In this document: piece after piece, positions 62,033 to 64,000 of the stretch
How the letters are laid out: every line of letters begins with the position of its first letter
Position numbering within the stretch: the stretch's first letter is position 1
From: Rotaria socialis
Lineage: Eukaryota
Direction: 5' to 3'
Assembly (NCBI GenBank): GCA_905331295.1
Contig: CAJNYD010000034.1
Span: 124,001-188,000, forward strand
Length of the DNA: 64,000 nucleotides
The notes under the pieces: generated by a model
Told to the model about the DNA's origin: nothing
Seen by the model: the letters and a program-made list of their open reading frames with translations, nothing else
The model's database searches: none
Made by a program: the position numbers and the translations under genes

Positions 62033-63386
62033 GCAGTCTCGAAAGAAATTATCAATGAACAATTCGTTTTTTGAAAAGTTTAGACAGATCAATTCATATA
62101 TGAGATAGTAAATAGATATTTGATCTTCATCATGTACAGGTAATCATTATACAGCTATGTGTAGAATAGACGTACAGATGATGTTCAATGCTAATTTAAG
62201 GGTAACAATCGTATTGTTACATCGTAAATGAGTTTCTTCATAGGACAGCTGAAATTTTATTCTTTTATTCATATTTCAATAATATTTATTTACATATTTT
62301 TTAATCATGCTACATACTATCACTAAAATGCATTATCTTAGAATGATTATTTTTCACCAAAAACAAAACAATAGCCACAGGATTTTGTATTTTTAACAAA
62401 AATAAAACGCGCAATAAATTACTTTTCTTTCTATTATGATAAATTGCGCATTTAAAGTTATTATCATATGACTAATAGTTTGTAATTATGTAAAGAAGTA
62501 CTGATATACGTGTATTATTCAAACTATTTATCTCGTTCCGTATCATATATCTTGCATGCTAGTGTAGACCTATAGTCTGCACAGTCAGCTACTATAGAAC
62601 ATTAGCTTATTGAAAAACTCATAATTTATAACTAAATGTCTACTTTTTTTTCTTCTAATAGAATTTATAGAATTATCAAAAGTCACAACAAACATTGATA
62701 AGGTGCACATTTGTGACCGTACTTATTCTTTTCGTCTTTTCTTATAGTCTATGATAATTTACTTGTTAAGACTAGTTCTAATCATATAAATAAATCCGTC
62801 AAAAACAACACGAGAATATTTTATAAGTAATAATTACAAATTCGTTTACGAGTAAAGATTAGATCAACCTCAATGATAAAAAAAAACAGAGAAAAAATAA
62901 GTCATTTTGAGATTAGTTTTCTATCATGCATCACTCTCTTTTTCTTCTTAGCGTTCAATGTAAAAAAGGTTTACGCATAAAAAAATATATAGTAACCATT
63001 ACCCTAATTGATGAATGGAAAATAATAAATAAGAAGTAAATTTCTTTTATTCTTTGCGTTTTTGACTTTCAATAGATAAAAACCATACCAAACGTAAGTA
63101 TATTATACTAGTTCATATAGAATAAGTAGTATCAATATATGTGGGAATTTATCATATGACTTCATACTTCACTAATTCCATTTTCGTTTCACATCCTAAA
63201 TTAAATAATTATTCATATGGAAAATGAAGAATCTTCAAATAAATTATCATTATTATGCTTTTATATTTACAAAAGAAAACCCAATAACTTATGGAAACAT
63301 GCTTTACCTAATACTTAATAAATATAGAACAAAGTAACACTCAGAGCGATAAGCTTTTTCTTGGTAATTATTCTCTAGGATTGTTA

Positions 63387-64000
63387 GGGTCACAAAGATG
63401 ACCCAAAATTTCGGTCAAAAAACGTTCTTTCGAAAAAAGACTATACTGANTTCAGAGTAACAACAGTATAAGTAGCTCTTTGGTCTCAAATTGCTGATTA
63501 ATTAGTTAATTAGTACTCACTTAAGCGTTCAGTGTGTGCAGAATTAAAAGCTACATAGAGCACGTTCGGTTGGCTTCCTCAGAAACCGCGTGAAAATTGC
63601 AGAAAATTTAAAAAAAATGTTTTTCGAATTTTCTCAAAATCATGTTTTTCCCACGCGCATCCTAGTAATTTTGTTCTTAAGTATGTTTAATCGACCAAAT
63701 TTCTTTTCAATCGATAGAGCATGCAAAGACTCAGGACATGACGTTCTCCGATTTTTGAAAAAGCTTTTTTTTATGCCCAAAAAAGATCGCCTACAAAAGT
63801 AGCATGCAATTTTTTGGCCTCTTTTCAAGCACTTTTACTTGTGGAAAATTTTTCGGCCTACAGAATGAACTTTCAAAAATCGAAGAACGTCATACCCTGC
63901 ATCTTTGCATGCTCTATCGAATGAGAAAAAGATTTGGTCGATTAAACGTACTTAAGAACAAAATAACTAGGATGCCAGACCAGGTCCAACATATCCAGAG
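63387..64000. mobile_element. Probable non-autonomous DNA transposon with internal ~108-bp inverted repeat, truncated by the window end
   Basis: 63657-63765 is the imperfect reverse complement of 63870-63975 (mirrored ORFs GRLNILKNKITRM / ILVILFLSMFNRPN). Putative left end GGGTCAcaaagaTGACCC at 63387. Confidence 0.6.

Noticed and set aside
60800..63360. Scattered splice-like signals (e.g. GTATGT ~60892, GTAAGT ~63095) suggesting another gene
   Set aside because: No open spliced reading frame could be assembled; these may be UTR exons or chance matches.

Overview
AT-rich eukaryotic (metazoan) genomic DNA, gene-dense, with many ~50-70 bp GT-AG introns. The style and the plant-type PPR gene suggest a bdelloid rotifer, which is an inference. 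Twelve protein-coding genes were reconstructed by hand: an alpha/beta-hydrolase (+), a Neuralized-like NHR-NHR-RING ligase (-), ARHGAP39 (+), PSMG4 (+), G-alpha-o (-), KIAA0930 (+), a PLS-class PPR protein (+), a type I PRMT (+), a MAP3K4/MEKK4-like kinase (+), KATNAL2 (-), an integrase-derived gene (+) nested antisense in a KATNAL2 intron, and CCT2 (+). Introns and intergenic regions carry non-autonomous DNA elements: a 1.6-kb foldback, Helentron/HINE-like elements, hAT-like MITEs and CCCAGG-ended MITEs. Most notable are (1) a plant-type P-L-S PPR protein with a putative mitochondrial presequence and no E/DYW domain, (2) its position in a tight four-gene co-directional cluster with operon/trans-splicing-like spacing, (3) an intron-containing, apparently catalytically dead domesticated integrase with polyQ tracts, (4) a ~550-bp-arm intronic hairpin, and (5) a MEKK4-like kinase with degenerate catalytic motifs. 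All exon coordinates were read by eye and may be off by a few bases. No database searches were run.
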